A DNA stretch of 64,000 nucleotides from Mizuhopecten yessoensis (Eukaryota). The notes under the pieces were generated by a model that was given only the letters and a program-made list of their open reading frames with translations, did no database searches and was not told the origin of the DNA. The number at the start of each line of letters is the position of its first letter. The stretch's first letter is position 1. The position numbers and the translations under genes were made by a program. Below are positions 49,801 through 58,670 of this stretch, one piece after another. The stretch covers positions 139,372 through 203,371 of the forward strand of contig NW_018408812.1 in assembly GCF_002113885.1 (NCBI RefSeq), read 5' to 3'.

Positions 49801-51240
49801 CGGATGCTCGTATTCTTTTCACTACCTCACTCCCATCACAAACTGGTACCGTTGCCCTTCCCCGTAACGTTCAGGGAAGTGGAGATCCTTGAAAAGGTGT
49901 AAAAGAAATAATGTCAGGGTTGCCTTCGTGGGCGAAGACTTGGAAGAAAGAGAGGTGGTAATATAACAGATGTGCATAGCTTGGCTCGAGGGAACTTCCC
50001 TTTAGCGCCCGACTAGAAAGTCTGGAATCGCAGGTTTCAAATCCAAGCTAACGCACGTGCAGTGTATTCTGTTCCCTACTTACTACAACATTCCTTTTGC
50101 ATTCTTATATCAACCTCATTCTTATATATGGTTATCAAAAGACGTTTAAATGTAACATTAACGACTGGTAGGATACCAAAGACCTTATTAATAGAAAGAT
50201 AATTTCTAAATGAAAAAGAATATGACTTTAAAAGAAATCGTTGATATAATTTGACATTATGAAGAGGTAATTTGGTACAAAAGTATACAGGTTATGATAC
50301 TTCCTTCGCTTGAATTTCTAGTGATATTAATACATAAAAGGCGATTTTCACTGCTGACGATATGATAATGATGCAATTACACAAAAAAATGATGATATCT
50401 TTATAGAGTGGTTATGATAAGGATTTTGCTATCATTTGAAGCTGGTGTATTTATGTCACAACAAAGAAGGTCGTCGTTAACGGTGTAACTTATATTACAG
50501 GGAGGACTATCTACTCACGAGGAGATGTGTGAGGCATTCATTATGTATTACCCACGTACGCAACTTGACCTCTGTCAGAGCTTACCTCTCTACAACACTA
50601 TAGATGCCGATGTTCGAAACGTCTATTCTATAATCAAGACATGGAACTGGACAGATCCGGCGGTTAGGGCTAACTTCCGGTCAGCGCTGGACCAATCTGT
50701 ATATTACCACAACGCCATTGGAAGCACTGATGCCATCAGTGTAAGATTTGTTAGAAGACAATAAGAAATTTTAGCATTGTTATACTGACTTTAAACAAAT
50801 AAATATTGTAGCTCAACTATTCAAGACCAATGCTAGTTGCATAGCAATGCACGAGTTGTGTCTATCCATTTCTGACGAAAATATTGCCCATTGTTAATAA
50901 AGTCAGAATATTTCAATAAACGCATATAGTTTTTCAATATAGTTTATAGGGCAAAATCATTCTTTGTATCTAAGGACGACAATTGATTATAAGAGAGGGC
51001 CTTTGATTGCTAAATGTCAATAACATATGTTTGAATGAAAAAAAAAACCGAGTAGTTGACAGTTTAACAGTGCTCATCTCACTCCTAAAATAGAAATGTG
51101 TGTATATTGTACGTATCGCTTATTACCTTTTAAATACTTTGGTCATATTATTTATATTACAGGCGCACATTGCGAAAACGGAGCCCCCGACAAACCACCC
51201 GTATGTAAAACCTCAGGATACCAGATGTCCCTCTGATTAA
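30570..51240 (+). CDS. MOXD1: DBH-like monooxygenase (MOXD1-like) paralog C, 12 exons, about 594 aa; end of exon 9 lost at the N
   Basis: Exons 30570-30698, 33699-33917, 34546-34695, 36111-36287, 36975-37058, 38397-38591, 40805-40907, 41628-41794, 47870-(48032, N at 48033), 48670-48729, 50501-50740, 51163-51240. No stops or frameshifts in the sequenced parts; all Cu ligands present. Confidence 0.92.
31885..32372 (-). mobile_element. tRNA-derived CORE/Deu-type SINE with internal 124-bp tandem duplication
   Basis: Head GGAGGCACGGTAGTCTAGTAG..GGTTCGAGTC; CTCCCTGGGAGCATACAGCC; duplicated block 32030-32150 / 32154-32274; (TAT)n tail. Confidence 0.85.
33699..33917 (+). CDS. MOXD1: Paralog C exon 2
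   Basis: IPRPTPTRHF...QTYFK, 219 nt. Confidence 0.93.
34546..34695 (+). CDS. MOXD1: Paralog C exon 3
   Basis: DYHTTEHAPP...GDVVIT, 150 nt. Confidence 0.93.
35141..35328. mobile_element. Fold-back MITE (about 75-bp arms)
   Basis: ATTCCGTCTTTGCGTATTGCAGAGTTATCTTCTCTT... and its reverse complement ...AAGAGAAGATAAATCTGCAATACGCAAAGACGGAAT. Confidence 0.85.
35451..35607. mobile_element. Small MITE with about 38-bp TIRs
   Basis: TAAACGTGTCGCAACGGTTCAATATCGACTGGTCCCTTT / AAAGGGACCAGTCGGTATTGAAACGTTGCGAAACGTTTA. Confidence 0.8.
36111..36287 (+). CDS. MOXD1: Paralog C exon 4
   Basis: DDTTRIIFSYNPVD...LVHDN, 177 nt. Confidence 0.93.
36975..37058 (+). CDS. MOXD1: Paralog C exon 5
   Basis: YHVPADKTIYACRAIKLPHLTSKHHMIK, 84 nt. 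Confidence 0.92.
37242..37728 (+). mobile_element. 5'-truncated LINE 3'UTR insertion with 16-bp TSD
   Basis: AACAGGTGTAATGTAA at 37226-37241 and 37729-37744; ends AATAAA...TGAAATGA; paralog B has a single empty-site copy near 19609. Confidence 0.75.
38397..38591 (+). CDS. MOXD1: Paralog C exon 6
   Basis: YEPVITPGNELNVHHVVVFRC...AWAVGGE, 195 nt (one extra codon). Confidence 0.93.
39563..39636 (+). mobile_element. Tail-only copy of the 28615 SINE family or its partner LINE
   Basis: AAAGCGCTTTAGAGTGGCTTATGTTAGCTAGATAGGGCGCTATATCAAATG then (TAT)n; TTATCAA on both sides. Confidence 0.75.
40095..40549 (+). repeat. Copy of intron-4 segment 36548-36907 inserted in intron 6 between 19-bp direct repeats
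   Basis: TGATGGCTTCTACTGTAGT at 40095-40113 and 40531-40549; 40125-40507 is colinear with 36548-36907. Confidence 0.9.
40805..40907 (+). CDS. MOXD1: Paralog C exon 7
   Basis: AFYYPPSAGFSLG...MQTHYDNPLGRS, 103 nt, AAG acceptor. Confidence 0.92.
40915..40998. repeat. (GAT)n microsatellite
   Basis: About 28 GAT units directly after the donor GTAAGTA. Confidence 0.97.
41628..41794 (+). CDS. MOXD1: Paralog C exon 8
   Basis: DIVDSSGFRITITPTLR...QGYCPPELLRN, 167 nt. Confidence 0.93.
43534..47787 (-). mobile_element. L1/Tx1-clade non-LTR retrotransposon, antisense in intron 8 of paralog C (ORF2 + 3'UTR + A-rich tail, no ORF1)
   Basis: T-rich tail at 43534-43563; 3'UTR with (TC)n and GAT/GAG repeats; candidate TSD ACATCATT at 43526-43533 and 47788-47795; left flank aligns to the uninterrupted intron 8 of paralog B. 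Confidence 0.9.
43932..47744 (-). CDS. LINE ORF2: AP endonuclease + reverse transcriptase + C-terminal CCHC (zf-RVT), 1270 codons, uninterrupted
   Basis: EN motifs NCQGL, LQDTH, GDFN, RLDFF, SDH; RT motifs WRPISLLN, DFEKAFDSV, GCRQGDP, YADD; CVFC..ETITHVLWEC. The first codon is GTG. Confidence 0.95.
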   Translation of the reverse strand: MEGIKILSANCQGLGDKVKRKDVFTYLRDRQYNIYCLQDTHFTDEQEEILLSEWGYNCYFNSFKSNARGVAILINNNFEVKVIKEKKDLTGNFLALDLEIEGKKITLITLYGPNSDNPTFYDKIEETLYEFKNDSCVICGDFNLVLNPDLDCDKSYKNVNNPKARERILEIINNFDLVDVFREQHADISRYTWRRSKPIKQARLDFFLVSGNLLQSVCETSIDPGYRSDHSFPKIMLKFNEFKKGKGLWKLNSSLLYDLEYLNIINDTIKTVKLQYCLPIYNPENIDDIPDSDLQFVINDQLFLETLLMEIRGKSISYSSYKKKQCWAREKTLIDQIQELENENNVDLDKLLEKKKELEKIRVHRIKGSIIRAKALWIDEGEKPTNYFFNLENRHFTSKIIPKLQQENGEFLTKQVDILNEVKFFYEQLYSIDNEVDDIDLDEFLEDFDVPRLNVEEAVSLEGIITLKEASITLKNMKSNKSPGSDGFTSEFYKCFWNQLGNFVVRALNYGFSNGQLSITQRQGIITCIPKANKSKYFIKNWRPISLLNIVYKIASGSITSRFKLVLQKIINSDQSGFISGRYVGENTRLVYDIMQYTEENDIPGMLLMVDFEKAFDSVSWKFIDEVLRYFGFGNDIRNWVKILHCNSSSAINQGGNLSAFFKINRGCRQGDPIAPYIFILCAEVLAIRLRNNKSITGIKVNNCPILNSQYADDTSLVLDGSEKSLKGAVDELNIYAKISGLKVNVGKTEVVWIGSKKYSNDVLLPNMNLRWGVNKFTLLGIDFHVDLCKIPKMNFDKKLVKLKALIKSWSRRLLTPIGRINVIKSLLISQMNHLFISLPNPSEKFIKQLNSVLFNFLWNSKTDKIKRDIIIQNYQEGGLKMVNLMSFIEALKISWIRRFFRSEGKWVSILKSCVNPHILANSGNEYLNKVQGNCKNVFWKDVFRAWYKLRAKEELFKNENFALLKTPLWYNKNISVGNKVVFYSKWFKNGIMIINDLLKNNTDYSFLSFKEFCDLHGTITNYLEYHGLITSIKNYLKQLNLPNKNVIYPIIPLHLVIILKKKKGSQDFYNILIRNNASITAQTKWGTIFDYNQETWGKIYAIPFRVTKNTKLQWLQFRINHYILTTNSYLCKIGLVNNPHCVFCIIERETITHVLWECREVQKFLSNFESLLSALTIPFSLNKESMIFGFINQTGIYTRIDNEITLFIKQYIYKTRCFHKSLNVTALVNSIKDYYKVQKYIARGKGEQGLRRFTSEWEKWLKLVELDLN
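47870..48032 (+). CDS. MOXD1: Paralog C exon 9 (truncated at the N)
   Basis: ALPQEGINAFAVLQHSHLLG...DMRYLS then N; 20 nt plus the donor are missing relative to B. Confidence 0.9.
48670..48729 (+). CDS. MOXD1: Paralog C exon 10
   Basis: DDKIEVKCVYDSSNKQTITK, 60 nt. Confidence 0.92.
49713..50087 (+). mobile_element. Degenerate TRIM-like element with tRNA-like sequence in both short LTRs
   Basis: Two diverged repeats containing AACTTCCCTTTA...GGTTCGATCC / GGTTTCAAATCC; TGG PBS-like site at 49844; polypurine tract at 49943-49958. Confidence 0.6.
50501..50740 (+). CDS. MOXD1: Paralog C exon 11
   Basis: GGLSTHEEMCEAFIMYYPR...TDAIS, 240 nt. Confidence 0.93.
51163..51240 (+). CDS. MOXD1: Paralog C exon 12 (terminal)
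   Basis: AHIAKTEPPTNHPYVKPQDTRCPSD*. Confidence 0.9.
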   Translation, partial: AHIAKTEPPTNHPYVKPQDTRCPSD

Positions 51241-51423
51241 CCTAGGTTTTCAGGACCGGAAGTGACGACCATGACGTGGCACGCATTTCGTCGCATTTGA
51301 TTAGAAAGTGATCAATAGAAAATAGTTTAAATGTATTTGGACCTTTATGGGTTTAACCATCATCATGCTTGAGTATGATTTTGTCGACGATTCAGCTCAT
51401 TGTTTTGATGTTATTTTGCTATA

Positions 51424-51429
51424 AATAAA
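51424..51429 (+). terminator. Poly(A) signal of paralog C
   Basis: AATAAAGATAA as in paralog B. Confidence 0.6.
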
Positions 51430-51759
51430 GATAATTGAGCACAGGAAATATTGAATTGGTATGTTTTTATCTGTTGATTATACCTATCGTAGGTATTCAC
51501 GCACAAATAAATGTGGGTTGTTGATTCACAGTTTAAAAACAATTATGTACTTTTTATAACAGCTGATAAATAAATTGCATTGATATTCTGTTTTCTGTTC
51601 CTCTTTATTTATTAATCATCGTGCAAAAATGCTACAGTTATTTGTTTCCTTCTGATTCTATTTAAAATCCTGTTTTATAGCTATGACTTATAAACATTTG
51701 CAGGAAAAGAAATAAAATACTTACACATATTAGAAATCAACATGGAGACCTTGAACAAA

Positions 51760-52200
51760 AATATGACCAAGTGTTTCGGAAGGGTACCTGAGAGATCCAC
51801 GTGATACCTCAGGCTTAATAAAACAAAATAGAAACCACAAAAATGAACATAATCAGCAGTCGATATTAATATAACAGTTCTTTTAAATGAAACCAAATTA
51901 TGGATCATTAACCTTGCCGATACACCTCATCAACCTGCATCATTCGAAACCCTGTATTGTATATTTTCGGTGAACAATCATCATTTATCACGGAAATATT
52001 GGTCTTTCGAGTGAGCTAGTGAATATCGTAAATTGGGAAAGCGGGGAGGTTCAAGATAACAAAATTGAAATCATCAAATTTCTCGTGTAGCTTTCTAGAG
52101 AGCCGTTCTTGTTCGTCATGTTGTTAGTAGATATCTAGGAAAGGTGCTGATGTCGAAGAGTTGGTATTATATTTAATTTCTAAATAGTAAGGGTACGATC
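51760..52200 (-). mobile_element. Decayed Penelope-like RT fragment
   Basis: Frameshifted minus-strand translation LEIKYNTNSSTSAP(F)LDI...RKLHEKFDDFNFVI resembles the PLE motif LEIK.TT.S..SASYLDL...KLYDKRDDFNF. Confidence 0.5.
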
Positions 52201-54947
52201 AACATGGCTAATGCTGTTTTAGCTCTAGTTTTTTCTCCATAGGAATGCCTACAATATGCTTGGGAATTTGCCCACCAAAAATATTGTCAAACCGGAAATT
52301 AATAATTCTCACCATTTCATCCAAACTTTATTTCATTTGTTGCCAGTGTCTTAACTTGTCACTAAGGTTCTGTAACATCTCAACCTCCGCTTACTCCTCG
52401 GTTGGCATTATGCTTCAGAATCTTAGCTCTCGGCTGAGATAACCCAATCTCGCTCAGTTAAAGGTAATAAATTATATTAATCTTTTACACAATTAGAGGT
52501 GCTTTTTGGTAAATAAGCAGAAAGTAACACATTTATTTCGCGTAAAGTAGGCAACGTAAATACGTAACATTTATATATCTCCACCAATCACTTCATATAC
52601 TGCTTTTGTTTTGCAGAAAGATTCGAATGTTTTAAGGAATCGAAACCTCTTCACCTATGTAACTATACAAGACATTAGTTTACTCAGCAATAGCTCATAA
52701 ATTTGACAGCAACTTTAAGAAACTTAAACGTTAGACTATATTATGAAGACTTTGGGCAAGAAACAACACCAAAACACTGTTTGCATGCATGTCTTAGTTT
52801 ACGCTTGCTGTATTTTTTGCAGTAACCGCCGAAATACATGAACTTGGTAATTTTGAAAACATAGTACACATCTTGAAGTAATACCTGTATAGATGTTTAC
52901 AGTAACACTTGTCATCAGCCGATATTAGCATTTCTCTGACACGCGATGATTCATCCACATTAAAATACCACGATGATGATCACAACTGTCAAAAATATTA
53001 TAGCTTATTTACCCCAGTGTCGAATTACAAGCAGAACATTCAAAACCTAAAGTATACATTCTTAAATTCAAGTTTATAATAAAAAAGAAAGTGTATAATA
53101 TGGAAATATAAACAAAACATGTTAGTAAACTATGCTCACAAAAATGTAAGTATACATCAAATGCTAACTGTTCCGCACTTATGAGCATTTATGCATGTAC
53201 AAATGTAGACCATTAATATAATAAATAAATATATCGTATTTCATCACGATGAACTATTTCTCAGAAAAAAAGACGTATACGATACAAAAAGTTTAATAAT
53301 AAAAATAAGATAGTTTACCTGTTATTACTGTATAACATCTGGTAGTTCCTATCCATGTACGTCATTCACTGGCTACATTTAGACGACTATATAATGATTG
53401 TTAAATGTCTTCAAAGTGTGTCAGGAATTGTCGTGGAACTATATCTTAAAATATAAACAAAATCGTCCGAAATGAAACCAGCCAACAGCATGTCAGAATG
53501 GGAATAATTATTAAACAATATAAACATTTATACGGCTCACACAACTAAATCATTTACTTTATGTTATTACTAAGTTTTTGAGCTAATAGCGTTAATATTT
53601 GATGTTCAACACTAGTGACAACTGTCTAGATTCACAGATACACCCCTGACAAAAGATTCAAAAGGCATTTTCTGGTGAGTTTGGTGACATATAAGAGCGC
53701 TACAGGCGTCTGCTTTTGACAACCGATCGTTTATAAACACCCTTTGACATTTGACCCCATATCAATCCGCCATCACATTTTAAAATCTACTTAACCTATA
53801 CATTTTATTAAAAGTTCAATAGCTGTAGATTTCATTCAATGTAAAATATGTCAACAATTACCTATTTCAATTACTCAGAGGCACTGTATTAAACCGGAAC
53901 AAATGTTAGGTAGACATTACAATCGTATGAAACACTTGCTGATTGGCTGATTGAGTTGTTTCAGTCCTATAACGATATGATTTTAATTTTAGTACTGTAT
54001 TCTGAGCCGAACGGTTTCCCTTCATTTCAGCAAGGCTTCCAGCGAAACAGTGGTAGAGCAAGCGCTATTCCTGATGAGGTTATATCTTGATATCTGGAAA
54101 CTTCTTCTTAATTGTTTCTACACCTCTTGGACAACCGTCTCTTTGTCGGTTTTTAACTGTGGAAAAATTTGCTAAATTGACATTGAATGGTACATATATA
54201 TACTTTATAACGGGAAATGTTTGCTTCGGATTTTCGCTTCAGATTTTCGCTCGCCTGTTTCGCCCTCCGTGATTAAGGTGAATGTAGCATGACGGTGCAT
54301 ATTAAGTCAGAACATGATAGATGCGTACATGAAAATTAAATTGTGAATGGCTGAATTAACATTGAGCGATTACAGAGTTAACACGTAAAGAGCAAAAGTT
54401 GTGATAGGGCGAAATGGCGAAAGTTTGATAAAGCGAAAGTTTGACAGGGCGAAAATTTGACAGGAAGAAAGTAATATTCCAATGCAAAGCAGCAGCACAG
54501 AGAACGCCAGGTTTTGATACATGGTCTCCGAAAGGTTGTACATGTACCAACACACCCTTAGGCCTATTGGAGGTTAAAGGATAAATTCATGAACCATATT
54601 TATTCCTTTTGAAATAAACTGAGTAATGTAGAGAATATATTTATATGGAAAAACCAACAGCAAACATCTTTTCTAGAACAACTGCGCATTCATTCCAACT
54701 GGACATGCATTATCAATGAAAGCCATACTAGATACTCCATGGTTTACGCATTGCTTTCGCTCTCTGCACCCCTGGAATGTCAGCAAAATCGAAGGCTCAG
54801 TGTGTACTACCTTGTGGGTGAGACGAGGAGACTAGTTTGATCCTTTGATGAACATCAAAAGAACCTCGCTATCGCGTAGCGGTAACATTGATTGGATTTG
54901 AAGTCATGTGTGTGTCGCTCCCTCTAATATTCAAAGGACATGTATCA

Positions 54948-57415
54948 TTTTTTTTTTACTTCATAAACATCAAACCCAGACACTCTTACTCTCACTTGCA
55001 GACAGAAGCACGCGTTTCTCAATCATCATCCTCATCATCATTCATAATCATCATCATCTATGAGCAATGTCGCATCATCATCTATATACTTTGACGAGCA
55101 TCATAATCATAATCATCACCACATATCCACATGCAGATCGACTCACATCAGCATCATCATTATAAAAAATACGGCGACCAGCATAAAATTAATCATCTTC
55201 CTTTTCATCATCATCATAAATAAACATTGAAAGCATCATCCTCATTATCATCATCATCTATACATAATGTCGAACATCCTCCTCCTCATCTTCATCTATG
55301 CATAATGACAATCATTATCATCATCTTCATCATCATCATCATCATCTAAAACAATATACTTCACATAGTATATCATTTATATACTAAAACATACATTCAA
55401 ACTTACACACACACACACACCAACACATCCACATACACACACAAACACACATGCGAGAGACACAAAAAAACATAGGGTCGAAAAAGGGCAAAAAAAGCAA
55501 CAAGATGGCAAAATAGAAAGAGATAATATTGGAAGTTGTTTTTACCTTTAAAAATTCTGTATCAGTTAACATTTAAATGTGATAGATTCCTATAATTTAC
55601 ACTTCCGCATAGTCTAATAGTTTTTTCCGTTTTCACCATTCTTTCTCAAACCTATCTTGTGCAGAATCACCTTGACTGTTTACAATATATTTTTGGACAG
55701 TATATAGTTCTTTAATCGTGTTAATTAAGGTATTTGGGCTCAACATTTGATGTCGACATCTTGTCTTATAAATGTAAAACTGAATAATAATGAAAATTTC
55801 ATTGTCAATTCTATTATATGTCAGATTCTCATTTGGTACCAATAATACAAAAAAAAAACTGATTTTATTAAATGAAAATGGGATAAAAAGTGCATCTAGT
55901 AAGATTTCAAAACTTTGTAAAATTCTCTGTACTTCTCGCCATTCCCACATTTGAATGATTGTTTCTTGTTCCAAATTGCAAAGTCTACAGAGTGGACTTG
56001 TCACTAATCCTACTTTAAACTAGGATGAATTTGTTGTCAAAATGTGATGAACAATTCTATACTGAAGCCATTGAAGTCGTGAATATTTTGTTATTCTAAA
56101 AGTGGTCTTATAAACAACTATCCAAATAAAACCATTCAAATCTAACTTTTCTTCCCATTTTCTCCTCCCAGTAGCTATAGTATCTTTTTCACCATAAGAT
56201 TATATAAATCTGTTATCCCTTTTACTCTTTTTATGAAATATCCAACATTACAAGGAATGATTGGTATACAATGGCATCCTTTTTAAAATCAACTTTAACT
56301 TTATTTCCTTATTATAGATAACACATCATGATACTGGAGAAAATGTTCATCCGCTCCCTTTCATTAAGCCTTCTCCATGCTTGAAAGACATCTTTCCCAA
56401 ATTAATGTGTGCACTTATTAAGACATGTTGGAATGTACTCGCTGTCACAATGAGATAGCATATGTAAGTCAATATTTGCCACTTTCCTGACTTTTGATAT
56501 AATCTCCGTATCCACCCTAATATTTGCCATAGACCCCCTTCACAATAATTTTGAACTATAACAACTCTTTTTATTTTATCAGTTTTACTATTCCTTAAAA
56601 CGTTAAAGAAAATATTATTTAATTGATTCAGAAAATGATCATCAGGATTTGGCAATGCAATAAATAATGGTAAATCTGTGATATCATTAAAGATTTTATG
56701 AATTCTACCTATAGGAGTAAGGGATGTTCTGTTTCATCTCATGATAAGTGCTATACCAAAATTTAATTTTGGAATTTCACGAAAATTGACACTTAATTCT
56801 ATTCCAAGAAGCATGAAGTTAGTCCTTCCTCACTGCAGGTTTATATCAGATAAATATATCTTCACTATTTTACTTCCTATCCAAACAACCTGGGTTTTTT
56901 GTCTAAATTTAATTTCAAACCAGACATTGTAACGAGAGTATTCAAAACTTCTATCGATTTTTTCAAAGACGTTTCTTAACCAACTTAAATGAGAGAAGTA
57001 TCATCAGCATATTGAGGAATAAGAATTGAACTGTTATTTACTTCTATACCCTTAATGTGTTTGTTATTTCTTAGTATTATGCCTAATACTTCAACACACA
57101 AAATAAAAATATAGGGGCGATTGGATCACCTCTTTTTATGTTTAGGAATGATGAAAGGTTACCACCTTGGTTTATAGTTTAACTAGCATTGGTGTGTAGT
57201 AGCCTTACCCAGCATCTAATATCAGAACCAATATTAAAATAATTTAAAACTTTATCAACAAATTTCCATGAGACTGAGTGAAATGCTTTCTCAAAATCTA
57301 CCAGTTACACCATACCTGGAATATATCTTTCTTCTGCATAATGTCATAAACTAATCATGTTTTCCCTTATATAATGAACAGAGAGAAATCCTGTTTGATC
57401 TTCACTAACGATAAA
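54948..57415 (-). mobile_element. Degraded, 5'-truncated L1/Tx1-type LINE related to the 43.5-47.8 kb element
   Basis: Frameshifted homology from DQTGF through DFEKAF, YADD and KTDKIKR to CRLC..ETI and FEKEW; CAT/CA-rich 3'UTR (read on plus) and poly-T at 54948. Confidence 0.9.
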
Positions 57416-58526
57416 CTTCTGCTATGTGACAGGGGTGCAGAGAGTGAAAGTGGGCGTAACCCCTGTTTTGTCGGAAGTTCATTTATTTATATGTACATTT
57501 TGGGGATCAATTTTGCAATGGATTTTGTCACTTCTCCCCACTATAAAAATAAATGGATATCTTGTCCATGATGGATGTCATAACATGTCATGGAGTGTCG
57601 AGGATGTATGGAAGCTGTCTAAATCTAATGTTAGGGTAACTTCTCTATGTGTCTGAACCTCTTGCAGTAGTTCTTTGAATTATGCGGTTAAACTGTTGTT
57701 GATAAATACACTTAATTGCCGAGTGTCATTGCTTATTCGCGGAAAGGGGTATAATAGTAGAGACTGTGTTCAACATCATGGCTTATTGTAACAGAGACAT
57801 ATTTTCGTATTTTTTTTAAGGTTTTAATTGAATAAAATGTACTGAATTTGATATTGTATGGAATTGGCCAACTTGCCAAACGTACATGAAACGCGTCCAT
57901 AACAGTGAATGTAGATGTATGAGGAATATTAGATCTTCGTGGATTTCGTTGGGTTTTTTTTTTGTTTTTGTTTTTTTTAAATGTAGGAGTTATTTCCCTT
58001 GGAGTGTGTAAGTTGTTCATGTATGGCTAACTTTACGGGGTATTTAGTTTACCTTTATTATTTGCAATGGAGTCACATCTGATATATATATTGCCCTAAA
58101 TAAGATAAATGAATCAAACTTTATGTGTTGTCTTTTCGTGTATGTGCAGAAAATTACAACCCTATTACATTATTTTCACAAAATGTGTGACTGATACATG
58201 TAGCACGTTCAAGTTATTCTTGGTAAAAGGCCGGTCGAGATATCCATTTATCTTTATAGTGGAGAGAAATGACAAAATCCATTGCAAAACTGATCCCCAA
58301 TATGTACACATTAATAAATATCGACTTTAGAATGAATTATATAGAAGTCCTATTGTGTTTTACTCTTTTCACGTTATTATGTCAGGAAGTCTGATCACTG
58401 ATTTAGTTTAAATATGTAGTGATCTCGTGACAATAGGGACATACAAATTATGCATCTATACATACATTCTTACTAACCAAAATAATTAATTTAGTTTGGT
58501 GACGCAAGATCTAATTCAGAAATACA

Positions 58527-58670
58527 CAGGCTAGTCCGGTACATAGATGCTAGTCCTGTAATATAAGGTATAAAGTCCGGTATATCAAGGCTAGTCATTA
58601 AGGCCTAGTCCGGTAATATGAAGGCTAGGTCAGTGATATGAAGACTACTGCAGTAATATGAAGGCTAGTC
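58527..58670. repeat. Degenerate minisatellite of about 20 bp
   Basis: Recurring AGGCTAGTCCGGTA(A)TAT units. Confidence 0.6.

Noticed and set aside
30570-51240. Paralog C as a pseudogene
   Set aside because: The only lesion coincides with an N; all other exons are open with intact splice sites, and the LINE is intronic
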